The notes under the pieces are model-generated. The model was not told the DNA's origin. It did no database searches and was given only the letters and a program-made list of their open reading frames with translations. The translations under genes and the position numbers were made by a program. Source: a bacterium (lineage in GTDB: Bacteria; Bacteroidota; Ignavibacteria; Kapaibacteriales; Kapaibacteriaceae). Taken from it: a stretch of 64,000 bases of DNA. Numbering within the stretch: position 1 is the first letter of the stretch; each line of letters begins with the position of its first letter. Shown one piece after another: positions 38,726-49,900 of the stretch. The stretch lies in contig DAITZZ010000007.1 of NCBI GenBank assembly GCA_036840065.1, positions 2,291 to 66,290 on the forward strand. The letters run 5' to 3'.

Positions 38726-40894
38726 ATGCGCACATTCATTCTCGCAGCAATCGCACTGACGACGCTCTGGGTATCAGAGCCCCTTGCCGCTCAACCAGCC
38801 AAGAAGAAGACGGCAAAGGCCAGAAAACCGGCGGCCACCTCGCCGGCTGCAGCGAAAACGCCATCCGCAGTGGCGCCGGCCGACGTAAAGCCTGACCTGA
38901 ATGTCAAGCCTGCGCCGCTGGCTGCAACGGATTTTCAGTTCCCGAAGTATGAGGAGTTTACGCTCGACAACGGGCTTCACGTCTTTGTGATCGAGAACCA
39001 CGAACAGCCCCTTGTTACGCTATCTCTGACGATGAGAGGGGGCGAAGCCTATGACCCTAAAGGCAAAGAGGGCACGGCAGCCATTGCCGGAGACATGCTG
39101 GGTAAGGGAACCAAGACGCGCAATGCTCTGCAGATCGCCCAGGCGCTGGACGGCGTCGGAGCATCGATCGGCGTCAGCACCACCGGTGAGTCGATGACGA
39201 TGTCTGCCTCATTCATCAAGAAGCATGGTGGCATTGTCTTGGACATTTTTGCCGAGCAGCTCAAGGATCCACTCTTTGATCAGTCAGAGCTCGACAAGCT
39301 CAAGCAGCAGTATATAGCCAGCATTGCCGCACGTCGGTCAAGGCCGGTAGAGATCGCACAAGCGCTCTCGCGGAAGGTTATCTACGGAATGGATAATCCA
39401 CTTGCACGTCGCACGCTGGAGTCGACCATCAAAGCGGTGACACGTGAGGACGTTGCGGCCTTTCATGCCAGCTACATGCGGCCGAACTCTGCATCGCTGG
39501 CCATCGTTGGCGACATCACCGCGGATGAGGCCAGGACGATGCTGGGCAAGTACCTTGGAGGCTGGAAGAAGGGTGTGCGTCCTGAGGTTGAGATTCCGGA
39601 CATGAAGACCGAAGCCCCCGGGGTGTACTTCGTAGCACGCAAGGGCTCCGTGCAAAGTACAGTCATCGTGTGTGCGGCGGGCCCGCCGGTGCGCGCGAGT
39701 GATTTCGATGCTACCTCCATCATGGCCAGCTACGTTGGGTCGGGCTTTGGAAGTCTGCTTTTCAATACTCTACGCGAGACATACTCCTACACGTATTCGC
39801 CGTTTTCTCTGCTGTCCAGAGGGCGTCGCTACAATCGTTTCGCCTGTGGCGCAGAGGTCCGCACTTCCGTGACCGATTCTGCCCTGAAGGTGATCCTCAG
39901 CGAGCTCCGGAAGCTTGCCGATGAGGGTCCCGATGAGGAAGCACTGAAGAGAAGGATCGCCCTTGAGGTTGGTCAGTACCGGATCGCCTTTGAGCGTCCT
40001 TCCACGGTGGCGGCTGTTCTGCAGAACTCCTGGCTGAACGAGGTCCCGGTGGACGATGTAATCAATTACACACGTCGCATTGAGTCTCTCAGTTCTGCCG
40101 AGATTCAGCGATCAGCGCAGCAGTATCTGAGCATGTTCAACCTGCGCATCGTGGTTGTTGGTAGTCCCGATGTTCGTACAAAGCTCGAACCATTTGGAAA
40201 GATCATCGAGTATACGCTTGATCTTGAACCGGCCAAGGAAGCCCCCTACGAGACGGTTGCGATGAGCCTTGATGAGCTGGTGCAGAAGCACAAGCAGGCT
40301 CTCGGGTCGGTAGACGCCGTGCAGACGATTCGCACCTCGGCGACGGCGAAGATGGTGTTCCAAGGCAAGGAGTACGCAGGGACCATGACGCGCATTCAGA
40401 AGCGCGGCAACAAGGAGTTCTCTGAGCTCGACCTGGGTGTGATGAAGCAGCAGCAGTGGGTTGATGGATCGGGAGCATGGACGTCGCTCATGGGTGGACC
40501 AGCGAGCGCGACGCCTGCCGACGAGGCTGCTCAGCTTATGCAGGAAGCCCGCATGTTCCCATTGGTTACCATGGTTGCCGATGGGTACAAGGCCACGATC
40601 AAGGGAAAGCGCGACGGTCAGATCGAGCTTGAGACGACCAGTCCCCTCGGAGTGAATGAGCGCTACTACCTTGATGCTTCAAGCATGATGATCTCACGGC
40701 ACGAGAAGGATGACGTTACGCCGGGAGGAAGCGTCACCACTGTCGAACGGTTCAGCGATTACGCCCCGGTCGCCGGCGTCATGCTTCCGTCTAAGCTCCA
40801 GATTCAGAATACACTCTTCTCGATGGAGTTCGATCTCAAGCACGAGGTCAACGCCAGCGTCGAGGATTCCATGTTTCGTCCGGCGGGATTCTAA
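38726..40894 (+). CDS. M16 family peptidase-like subunit (no HxxEH seen) with an Ala/Pro/Lys-rich N-terminal linker and an extra ~230-aa C-terminal domain
   Basis: M16 core (LDNGLHVFVIENHEQP..., ..GSGFGSLLFNTLRE...YTYSP). The first ~45 mature residues are low-complexity AKP-rich. Residues from about 490 to 722 lie beyond the normal M16 length. Confidence 0.75.
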   Translation: MRTFILAAIALTTLWVSEPLAAQPAKKKTAKARKPAATSPAAAKTPSAVAPADVKPDLNVKPAPLAATDFQFPKYEEFTLDNGLHVFVIENHEQPLVTLSLTMRGGEAYDPKGKEGTAAIAGDMLGKGTKTRNALQIAQALDGVGASIGVSTTGESMTMSASFIKKHGGIVLDIFAEQLKDPLFDQSELDKLKQQYIASIAARRSRPVEIAQALSRKVIYGMDNPLARRTLESTIKAVTREDVAAFHASYMRPNSASLAIVGDITADEARTMLGKYLGGWKKGVRPEVEIPDMKTEAPGVYFVARKGSVQSTVIVCAAGPPVRASDFDATSIMASYVGSGFGSLLFNTLRETYSYTYSPFSLLSRGRRYNRFACGAEVRTSVTDSALKVILSELRKLADEGPDEEALKRRIALEVGQYRIAFERPSTVAAVLQNSWLNEVPVDDVINYTRRIESLSSAEIQRSAQQYLSMFNLRIVVVGSPDVRTKLEPFGKIIEYTLDLEPAKEAPYETVAMSLDELVQKHKQALGSVDAVQTIRTSATAKMVFQGKEYAGTMTRIQKRGNKEFSELDLGVMKQQQWVDGSGAWTSLMGGPASATPADEAAQLMQEARMFPLVTMVADGYKATIKGKRDGQIELETTSPLGVNERYYLDASSMMISRHEKDDVTPGGSVTTVERFSDYAPVAGVMLPSKLQIQNTLFSMEFDLKHEVNASVEDSMFRPAGF

Positions 40895-40906
40895 GGGCTC
40901 TTACCA

Positions 40907-41626
40907 ATGCGCATCACCGCTGCTATGCGGTCGATTTGGTTCGGCCTCGTGGATCCTCGACAGGTCCGTCAGACACCTACAGAAGCGGCCGCGGCGGTTT
41001 TCGCCGTGGCCGTTCTTGCTGTATCTCTGGTCGGAACGCTATGTACGCTTTGGGAGCAGGGCAGTGCCACGCTTGTGCGGGAATCGGCCATACTCTCGCA
41101 GCAGGCTCCTGCGTCGGCCGGTTCCACGGAGGGGATAGACCTTAGCCTTCCTCAGCGGCAGTTCACGGGAGCGCTTGGAGGAACCCTCATCATCACGATC
41201 GTGTCCTATGCTGCTCTGGCAGGGGTGTTCATGACTCTTGTGAGGTTTCTGACCAATTGTGTGGTGTCGTATTCAAAAGCGATCATCGCAACATCTTCGC
41301 TGGCAATGGTATCGATGCTGGATTCCGTCATCGCCACCGCGCTCCATGTAACCACCGGTACAATCCAGATCGGATTGCACGCCGGTTTGTGGCTGCCGCC
41401 TTCTGAGTCCCCCATGCTGTTTACATGGCTCCAGCTGATCAGTCTCGAATCCGTCTGGCGGTACCTTGCCATTGCCGCTGCCCTTGTAACGTGGGAAAAC
41501 CTCCACTGGCGTTACGGAATCGTCGTGGGCCTAGTGGTTTGGGGCATAACCAGGGCGATTTTTGGCCTTATGGCCCTGGTCGGCTGGATCGTTGGCCTGC
41601 AGGGGGCTGGCCAGCTTGCCCCCTAG
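40907..41626 (+). CDS. Yip1-like polytopic membrane protein
   Basis: 239 aa with about five hydrophobic helices and no catalytic motifs. The family call is tentative. Confidence 0.5.
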   Translation: MRITAAMRSIWFGLVDPRQVRQTPTEAAAAVFAVAVLAVSLVGTLCTLWEQGSATLVRESAILSQQAPASAGSTEGIDLSLPQRQFTGALGGTLIITIVSYAALAGVFMTLVRFLTNCVVSYSKAIIATSSLAMVSMLDSVIATALHVTTGTIQIGLHAGLWLPPSESPMLFTWLQLISLESVWRYLAIAAALVTWENLHWRYGIVVGLVVWGITRAIFGLMALVGWIVGLQGAGQLAP

Positions 41627-41640
41627 TACTTCTTCACCGT

Positions 41641-41706
41641 TTTCCCAAGACGTTACCCGTGGGAAACCTGCACAATATCTCGTTACAATTCCGTTGTATA
41701 TTGTGC
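41641..41706 (+). repeat. Two adjacent inverted repeats upstream of the outer-membrane module
   Basis: IR1 is TTTCCCA (41641-41647) / TGGGAAA (41660-41666). IR2 is GCACAATAT (41670-41678) / ATATTGTGC (41698-41706), a perfect 9-bp repeat with a 19-nt spacer. Confidence 0.7.
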
Positions 41707-41753
41707 GGCTCTTACCTCACTGACGTTTCACCTGACAGTACCTGAGGATCATC

Positions 41754-43763
41754 ATGAGTCAACATCGACGCTTTACAACTTGGGCCGTTATTCTGCTGGC
41801 ACTCGGATGTGCCGAAACGGCAGCTCAGAACAATCGTTCCGCTATTGCCGTGCCAGCACAGGCAAGCCAGCTGCGCCCAACCCGTATAGATGCCGCCGAG
41901 CCCCGCCTTGTGGTCTCCACCGAGGCCGAGGCCCGTCCGGTGGGCGAGAGCTCAGTTCTTCGTCGACGTCTTCCAAAGGTTCTCGATGCTGTCCAGGCAG
42001 AGTTGCCGGGCATCGAGATCGGGTTTACCTTTTATGACTTCCAGACGAATGGTGCCATGGCTAATCGTCTTGCCTATACGGCAGACGGGCCGGACAAGTA
42101 TGTGCAGATGCTCTGGATGGTTTCGAAGGACTCCACGCGCGATGTAACAACCCGTATTCCGGGCTTTGCCGGCAACTTTCGCGGTACGCACTACAACTTC
42201 ATTGACGTCTCCAACCCTGACTCACCAGAACGTGGAGTTGACAACTGGGACAAGGTCGAGGATACCCGCTCTGGCTGGCCGTCGATCGTCCAGTTCGAAG
42301 ATGGCCTCATCGGAACGCCGTCACATCCTCCAATCCGCTTCTTCGGCAACTCCGGCGTGGGTGACCAGCCGCTGCAGTTTGCTGAGGTGACAGACCCATC
42401 GGCTCTTTGTCTGTGGCCGCGCGCCGCTGCCGATGGTGATGGCAATGCGCACCTTATTTACAACCACAACCTCGGCAGTGACCAGCAGCCATCGAATCAG
42501 GTCGCGTATCGCCGTTCGACCGATGGTGGTTATTCTTGGTCGGAAGAAACGCAGTTCACCGGTTCGGGCGCACCAGAAGGTAATCTCCCCATAGGCCTTG
42601 GTGGCGACACCTATGCCGTAACGGCTCGTGGCAAGAAAGTTGTTGTCGCATATACGGACAACTCTCTGCGCATGCTTTCACGTACTTCGACTGATGGTGG
42701 AGCAACGTGGCCGTCAGAGCTTGCACGCGTGATCTTTGCGCCGAACTACACAGACGTGGATTCCTCGGAGAACGAGTGGGGTACCTTCGAGGTACGTTCA
42801 GATACCGTCCCAACACCGAATGGCCATATTGACGTCATCATCGACGGTGAAGGTCTCACGCACTACGTCGTTGGTGTTGTGCCGTCGCATGTCGTTCGTA
42901 AGGATACCAACGGTACGCGTCAGGGTACGATCTTCATGCTGAATAACCGTGCCAACCTGCGCACGTCGGGCATGGGGCACATCAAGGAGGGTAGCAACAT
43001 CATCCGGTTCATGGCACCTCCAGCAGGGGGCGAATGGGACGGCAATGGCTATCCGATGAACCAGCGATTCTTTGACAATGCCAGCCGCTGGCCGCAGCTC
43101 GGCATTGATGCGGAGAACAACCTGTACTGCACGTATGGTTCATTCAAGAATGGTGACACCAAGCTCATGGCTGCCGACACAACGGGTGGTAACCAGCAGA
43201 ATGAGCCGGACACGCTTACCAATGTCAATGCCCTCAATGGTCACATATGGATCACCTACCTCAAGGCCGGTGAAGAGCAGTGGTCGAAGCCGTTCGATCT
43301 TACCCCCGAGGGAGTGAACTGCCAGTACCCATCGCTCTGCGATGAAGTTGTCAACGGCCGTCTCTACATCGGATATTCTGCAAGCCCGAACCCTGGTGAC
43401 CGGGTGACGAACGTTGAGACACCTGCCGATGCTGCACGAGTCATGTTTGTTGCTGTTGATGCCACCAAGATTGATGCACCGGTGAGCGTGCGCGAACGCG
43501 ACGAACTCAACGCCGAAGTAACAATCGCCCCTAATCCTGCACAGGGGGCCACCAGTGTGCGCATCGTTTCACCATCATCTGGTACGATGTCGGTGTCCGT
43601 TCTCTCGTCGATCGGAGAGCGCGTACTGTCATCGACCAGTCCGAACAATGCTGGCTCATGGGATGTTGTGATCCCAACCGACGGCCTTGCCGCCGGACTC
43701 TACAATGTTGTTGTCGAGCAGGCCGGACGCCGCACGGTTCGTGCGTTGTCGGTGGTGCGCTAA
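41754..43763 (+). CDS. BNR/Asp-box beta-propeller (sialidase-fold-like) protein with T9SS C-terminal sorting domain
   Basis: Signal peptide. Asp-boxes RSTDGGYSW and TSTDGGATW. FYDFQTNG motif. CTD TIAPNPAQGATSVRI...MSVSVLSSIGERV...LAAGLYNVVV. GAGGA SD before ATG 41754. Confidence 0.8.
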   Translation: MSQHRRFTTWAVILLALGCAETAAQNNRSAIAVPAQASQLRPTRIDAAEPRLVVSTEAEARPVGESSVLRRRLPKVLDAVQAELPGIEIGFTFYDFQTNGAMANRLAYTADGPDKYVQMLWMVSKDSTRDVTTRIPGFAGNFRGTHYNFIDVSNPDSPERGVDNWDKVEDTRSGWPSIVQFEDGLIGTPSHPPIRFFGNSGVGDQPLQFAEVTDPSALCLWPRAAADGDGNAHLIYNHNLGSDQQPSNQVAYRRSTDGGYSWSEETQFTGSGAPEGNLPIGLGGDTYAVTARGKKVVVAYTDNSLRMLSRTSTDGGATWPSELARVIFAPNYTDVDSSENEWGTFEVRSDTVPTPNGHIDVIIDGEGLTHYVVGVVPSHVVRKDTNGTRQGTIFMLNNRANLRTSGMGHIKEGSNIIRFMAPPAGGEWDGNGYPMNQRFFDNASRWPQLGIDAENNLYCTYGSFKNGDTKLMAADTTGGNQQNEPDTLTNVNALNGHIWITYLKAGEEQWSKPFDLTPEGVNCQYPSLCDEVVNGRLYIGYSASPNPGDRVTNVETPADAARVMFVAVDATKIDAPVSVRERDELNAEVTIAPNPAQGATSVRIVSPSSGTMSVSVLSSIGERVLSSTSPNNAGSWDVVIPTDGLAAGLYNVVVEQAGRRTVRALSVVR

Positions 43764-43818
43764 GAGACCCGTCGCAAGCAGAAATTCAATTCAACCTAGA
43801 TCTCAGGAGGAGTCCACC

Positions 43819-46800
43819 ATGGTGCTTCGTTACGTACTGTTGGTGCTAACCCTTTGCATGACAACAGCGGCTTCGTTTGCCGGTATCACTGGTATTCTTG
43901 CCGGAAAGATCACTGACAAGGAAGGCAATGCCGTTGCCGGCGCTACGATTCGCGTTCTCGGAACGACGCGTGGTGCGACGTCAAAGATTAACGGTAGCTA
44001 TACCGTCATCAATATCAATGCTGGCTCGTACGACGTGCGGGTGACGGCGGTTGGATACGACACGCTGACCAAGCGTGTTTCCATCGTTGCTGACCAGACG
44101 CTGACCGTCAACTTTGTGATGAATCAGGGTGGTGTGCAGATGAAGGTGGTTGACGTTTCCGCCGAACGGGAAATGGTTCGATCGACGGATGTCGGCACGA
44201 CTCGCGTGACGAAGGGCGACGATCTAACCAAGGTTGCACGAGACAACATCGCATCTGCACTGTCGCTTAGTGCTGGCATCCGAGCATCGGGCAACAACTT
44301 CATCGTTCGCGGCGGACGTTCAAACGAAACGCAGGTGATGGTCGACGGTCTTACTGTGACCGACCAATTCACGGGTGGACTTGGCAACGTTGGTTCGACC
44401 ATTTCGGCTGCAATGCCTAGCCCCCTTGCCACGGAAGAAGTTCAGGCACAGACCGGTGGCTTCAGCGCCGAGTACGGGAACGCCGTGGCCGGTATTGTGA
44501 ATACGGTGGTTAAAACGGGTCGAACTGACCGCTTCGATGGTCAGCTCCGCTGGCGAAAAGACGTTCCATTCCTATTCGGTGAGGCCGGCAATGGCATCCA
44601 ACTCGGAGCTCCAAACGAGGACGTGGTCGACGTAGCTATCGGTGGTCCTATGGGACTTGGCAAGTCCACGTTCTTTGTTTCGATCCGTAACACATTCCAG
44701 CAGTATCGCAATGCCGGTCTTGAAGTTATCGATCCGGTCGGCAACAACTGGGGACTGCTTCCAAATAACCGGACATGGTCGAGAAACATCACTGGCCGCA
44801 TGCGTTTTCAGCTTGATGACAACTCGGCCCTTCTTGTCGGTGGTTCCTATGGTATGCTTTCCGGAGAGCTCAGCGGTATTGGTTGGCTCTACGCAAACAG
44901 CCAGGGATATCAGACGGATCTGTTTGGTAATCCGGTGCTCGATGGCAACGGAAACATGATCGGCAATGGAGTTGCCGAACGCATGGCCAAGCAGGCCATC
45001 GTTCAGGAGTTCACCACGAATGGTTTCGCCCAGTTGAATCAGACATTGGCTGGCGGTAATACATTCTTTGAATTGCGAGCTTCGTACAATGGCAAGGTGA
45101 CGGAAGTTGGGAAGCGTCGGTCGTTCGAGGCCCCTGGCATCTTCTCCGGCATTGAGCTGTACCAACCAACCGATAACATGTCGGTCGATGATATCCGGTA
45201 TATCGAGAACGAACCAAATACGATTCTTGATGAGTACGAGTCGATGCGGCAAAATTCGTTTACGAACGATGGATACAACCGTAACGAAACAACGAAGCGT
45301 AACCCTATCACTGGGTACTATGAAGGACCATCCGATGCTCAGTCGACCAACAACCCATTTGGACTGCTCGGGTACTTCTTCAATCATGGCAACACCGTAG
45401 GCGTTGAGTTCCGTAGCTCGACGTTCTATCAGTTTGACGGTAACATCACGCACAACCTCGAGATCGGTGACGCACGTCACGTCATCAAGGGAGGCTTCGA
45501 GTTCCGTACGTTCGATCTGTCGCTGTACTCGAACCTGGCGCCATGGAGCGGTGATCAGTTTGCCCAGTCATACGGGCGTGATAACGTCACGAACCCGGCA
45601 CGTACCAGAGATGCACGCACGCCGACAACCGCGTCGGTGTTCGTTCAAGATCAGATCATGATGAAGGGACTCGTGCTTACGGCAGGCCTGCGCATGGACT
45701 ACCTCAATGCAAACGCGACGACCTTCGACGTAGGTAATCCTGACTCGCTGACACCCGATGCAACCAATAAGCTAAACTTCGGACCACGTGTATCGGTAAC
45801 GTATCCGATCACTCAGCGTCAGAATTTCCAACTGTCGTATGGCATCTACTATCAGAACGCTCCATGGTCGAATTTCTTCGATGGAGTGTACTCTGATCCG
45901 GTGTTCCAGGACTTCTTTGGCAATACGAACCTTCAGCCGCAGCGCACGAATCAGTTTCAGGTTGCTTACAACCACCAGCTGAATGATGATCTGGCGTTGT
46001 CGGTCACAGGATACTACAACGACATTCAGAATCAGCCATCGATTCGCATCGATACGTTCCAAGGCAGGCCAAAGTATCAGTACGATCTGGCATCGTATGG
46101 AACGTCGCGTGGTATCGAAATGTCGTTCATGAAGCGCATGACCAACAACTGGTCATTCAACATCAACTACACGATCGCAAGCGTTCGTGGCAATGCCAAT
46201 ACGGCAACGCAGCTACCACCGGTAGACCCGATCACTGGAGATCTGCAGCTGCCGATCGTAGACTTCCCGCTGAGCAACGATCTGCCCCATCGCGTCAATG
46301 CCGTCATCGGTTTTGCCTGGGGTAAGGATGAAGGTCCAACAATCGCTGGCATCCCGATTCTTGAGAACTTCAACATCAACTTCTCGGGATTCTGGCAGGC
46401 AGGACTGCCCTATACGCCGGTGAACATCCGCGGCCAGATTGCCGGTCAGATCAATTCGGCGCGGTTCCCTTCAAATTGGTTCACAGAGATGCGAATCACA
46501 CGGACGATCCCGCTGACGGATGTTCTTGGTGGACGCACAGCGATTGATCTGACGCTCGACGTGAACAATCTGCTCAACTACACGGAGGCCATTTCGTTCT
46601 TCACGACGACGCGTAGTCCGGACTTTGACGGCTTCGCTCTTAATCGTCAGCCGTCAGACTTTCCTCCAACGACGTTCTATCGTGAACCAGACCCTGCAAA
46701 CAAGTCCACTATTGCCACGAACCAATATGATCGTTATGGCAATCGGTTCTATCAGGAACGAATCGACTTCAACAAGGACGGGCGTGTAACGCCGGAAGAG

Positions 46801-46902
46801 ACATTCCGTGGCTATCAGGAGTATGTTGATCGCGTTGTCGCGCGTCGTCCGAACTATCAAACACCGCGCTCTGTCTTTTTCGCGGTTTCGTTCCGTTTTT
46901 GA
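43819..46902 (+). CDS. TonB-dependent receptor-like outer-membrane barrel with N-terminal carboxypeptidase-regulatory-like domain
   Basis: Signal peptide, then GKITDKEGNAVAGATIRV....GSY.V.....GSYDVRVTAVGY (CarboxypepD_reg). Plug region (FIVRGGRSNETQVMVDGL). A long beta-barrel ending in ...FFAVSFRF. AGGAGG SD before ATG 43819. Confidence 0.85.
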   Translation: MVLRYVLLVLTLCMTTAASFAGITGILAGKITDKEGNAVAGATIRVLGTTRGATSKINGSYTVININAGSYDVRVTAVGYDTLTKRVSIVADQTLTVNFVMNQGGVQMKVVDVSAEREMVRSTDVGTTRVTKGDDLTKVARDNIASALSLSAGIRASGNNFIVRGGRSNETQVMVDGLTVTDQFTGGLGNVGSTISAAMPSPLATEEVQAQTGGFSAEYGNAVAGIVNTVVKTGRTDRFDGQLRWRKDVPFLFGEAGNGIQLGAPNEDVVDVAIGGPMGLGKSTFFVSIRNTFQQYRNAGLEVIDPVGNNWGLLPNNRTWSRNITGRMRFQLDDNSALLVGGSYGMLSGELSGIGWLYANSQGYQTDLFGNPVLDGNGNMIGNGVAERMAKQAIVQEFTTNGFAQLNQTLAGGNTFFELRASYNGKVTEVGKRRSFEAPGIFSGIELYQPTDNMSVDDIRYIENEPNTILDEYESMRQNSFTNDGYNRNETTKRNPITGYYEGPSDAQSTNNPFGLLGYFFNHGNTVGVEFRSSTFYQFDGNITHNLEIGDARHVIKGGFEFRTFDLSLYSNLAPWSGDQFAQSYGRDNVTNPARTRDARTPTTASVFVQDQIMMKGLVLTAGLRMDYLNANATTFDVGNPDSLTPDATNKLNFGPRVSVTYPITQRQNFQLSYGIYYQNAPWSNFFDGVYSDPVFQDFFGNTNLQPQRTNQFQVAYNHQLNDDLALSVTGYYNDIQNQPSIRIDTFQGRPKYQYDLASYGTSRGIEMSFMKRMTNNWSFNINYTIASVRGNANTATQLPPVDPITGDLQLPIVDFPLSNDLPHRVNAVIGFAWGKDEGPTIAGIPILENFNINFSGFWQAGLPYTPVNIRGQIAGQINSARFPSNWFTEMRITRTIPLTDVLGGRTAIDLTLDVNNLLNYTEAISFFTTTRSPDFDGFALNRQPSDFPPTTFYREPDPANKSTIATNQYDRYGNRFYQERIDFNKDGRVTPEETFRGYQEYVDRVVARRPNYQTPRSVFFAVSFRF

Positions 46903-46919
46903 TCTGAAAGGGAGGAACG

Positions 46920-49900
46920 ATGTTTACACCTCTGAAGAATAATGGAGTGATTATGAAGCGGCTAATGTCGGGCGTTTTTGCTTTGACGGTTCTGTTCGGC
47001 CTGTCCGTGACGTCTTTGGCCGATATCAATCGTGATGCTAAGGGTCGAAAGGACAAGGAGTCCGAAGACGTTCAGCGCACGCCGAGCGGCGTCTTTGACC
47101 AGCAAAAGAATACCAAGTCACGCATCGACTTCATCACCACGAACTACGGGATCTTTGGTTTCGATGTGGTGAACGGTCAAGGTGGGGCCTTCTGGCCGCG
47201 TGGCCGTGGAAATCAGTATCTGTTTGCCGGTGGGGCATGGTTCGGTGCACGTAAGCTTCCTCCGGGATCTGATACGCTCCGTAAGCGCGTGATGATCACC
47301 TATAACCCCAACAGCGGTCGCTCGTGGATGGTACCTGGTACGATTGCCAGTGGAGCTCTTCTGGATCAATCTGAAGCCGCTCGCAACAAGTATCGCACGT
47401 ATTTCTCAACGGATTTCGCCGACGAGAACGGTGTAGAAAAGGTAAACCCCGAACTACCGAATTGGCCTATTTGGGACAATGATCCTACCAAGACACTTCG
47501 AGTCGATAACTACTATGGCAATTATGTCGATGACATTGCCAATCGAGTCAAGAAGCAGGGCAAGGATGCTCCGGCCTTTGTTTCTGGCGAGGACGTCTTC
47601 TGTACCTACAAAGACACGGACCTCTCACGCTATGAAGGTGGAGCCACTCGCCGACGCGCTGAGGGCTTTCCACTCGGACTCCAGATCGAGCAGATCGTCT
47701 ATTCTTGGGGCTTCGGCGACTATGGCGACATCCTGTTCATGAAGTATCTGTTTACCCACCCATGTACCTTCCCTGATACGTTGTACGATTGCTGGATGGC
47801 GGCTGTCCAGGACGTCGATATTGCACCGCGGACCAACTTCGCAGCCGGTGCGGCAAATGACCGCGCGAGGTATTACAGCGAACGGCCCGACCTGAATCTG
47901 GCTGTTCAGTGGACAAACGGAGATCGTGGAGAAGCAGGCCAGGGTTTCGGATACCTCGGTTTCAACTTCCTGGAGTCTCCTGCAGTCGATGCTGACAAGT
48001 TCCTGCGCAAGGACAAGCAAAAGTTTCCGGTGAACGAACAACTCGGCATGCAGACGATGCGTAACTGGCCTATCACTGAGGATCCAATCGAGAATGAAGA
48101 CCGCTATAACTTCATCTCGAGCGGACGTCGCGACGGCGATCTTGGTCCAGGGGACCGTCGCCTTTTGATGGCTACCGGCCCATTTCACATGAGGCCGTGT
48201 GACTCGGCGCGCATCGTGATCGGAATCATTCTGGCATCCACATCCAGGGGTGGCGATGCCGAGGGAACCGTCGAAGACATGGCTGAATTGATCCGTAAAG
48301 TTCAGTTCGCTCAGTTTGTCTACGATAACAACTTCATTGCACCGGTGCCGCCTCGCGAAGCCAACTTCCGCTTCCGTCGCACAGATTCACCGTCGACATA
48401 CCTCCCGATCGGTGACGAGGGCTGGACACCGTTGAACAACGCCGTTGCTATTCAGTGGGATTCGACGTCTGAGCTCTCCGTCGATACGCTCGAACAAGGC
48501 CTGGACTTCATGGGCTATCGACTCTATCGTGCGCGGCGCACCGATCTTGACACGTTCGATACGGACTTGCGCTTGAATGCACGTCGCGGACCACTTGGCT
48601 GGAAGCAGATCGCGCAGTTTGCCGTGCCATCACCATTCGTCAAGTTTGGTGACGCTATTCAGTCGGTCGAGGGTGTGAAGATCGATCAGTTCCGCGTCTT
48701 CGACATCATCAAGCCGAACTCGCGCCGCGTGCTCGTTGCCCGCACTCTGAACTTCCAAGAGCCATGGGGTTCCTACTTCGCCCAGCTGCAGCGGCAACGA
48801 GATCGTCGTCGCCTCAACGCTCAGGGTCAGGTGCTCTATAACGTCGATTCAGAAGGATTCCTTCGTACAAGCGGTACGACCAATGGAGTTCCGAACTTCG
48901 ATAAGCTTGACTCGATTCAGTTTACCTACATGCGGAGCAAGATCGAGGCCCTGCCAGTTGTGTCGCGCACCACCACGGGCGCGCTAGATACAGCACAGGT
49001 GAGCCGTGCTACCGACTCGCTGGTCCGACTGATCCTGCGTCGTCAGGTGGTCCTCGAACAGTTCAGATTCCCGGATACCGACATAAACGAGTTGACTGGC
49101 GCGATCACAGTATTGCGCCCATTTGAAGAGCTGAATGAGGTGCGTAAGGGTCTCATCGCGAGTCATATCCGAAACATCACCAACAATCGGACGTTCGTCG
49201 ACATTGGAGATGACAACCGCAACGGCAACGTTGAGTTTTTCCCTAATCCAGAGCGCAGCGAAAAACTTATCAATAACGTCGAGTACTACTACGCGCTTAG
49301 AGCGTACGATGAAGGCGACTACTCAAATTCGCTTGAGTCCAAGATCAATGACCGCGCGCGCGCAAACACGGTAACCACATCTCCACGTGGAGCGCGCCCC
49401 GGCGAGTCCGTCGAGTTTACGCTTACCACAGATGAGGATAACCGCAGGAAGCTGGGCGGCATTTACAACGTCCGCCTACTTGTCAATGATGAGCAACGAT
49501 TCAATCAGTTGTTTGCAGGCCGGTCACTTGAGTTGACGTTCAACCGTTCATGGGCCGGTTGGCCTTACAAGAACAATCAGCAGGATCTTATCGGTCTTTA
49601 CGGCGCGGTGTTTACGCTTAAGGATTCAGCTACGGGTGACGAGATCGCACAATGGAGTAGCTTCCTTCCGCCTGTTCTGTGTCCGAATGAGGATAACGAG
49701 CGTGCTCCTTTTGCGCATTTCACCGAGCAGACGCGCTCGTATGTGGACACCATCAACATCGATACGCTGTATGCGCCAAATGGCGACATCCTGCGGATCG
49801 ACACTGTGAAGTTTGGCTTTGACGACAGCCGCGAAAAGAAGGTCCGCGCCGGTTCGTACTTCTCTAATGCTGCCTGTTTCTCGAACAAGTTTGCGCTCGG

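Noticed and set aside
38780-38900. Low-complexity Ala/Lys/Pro-coding stretch that looks like a tandem repeat.
   Set aside because: It is in frame within the M16-like gene as a linker after the signal peptide, and no exact DNA repeat unit was found.
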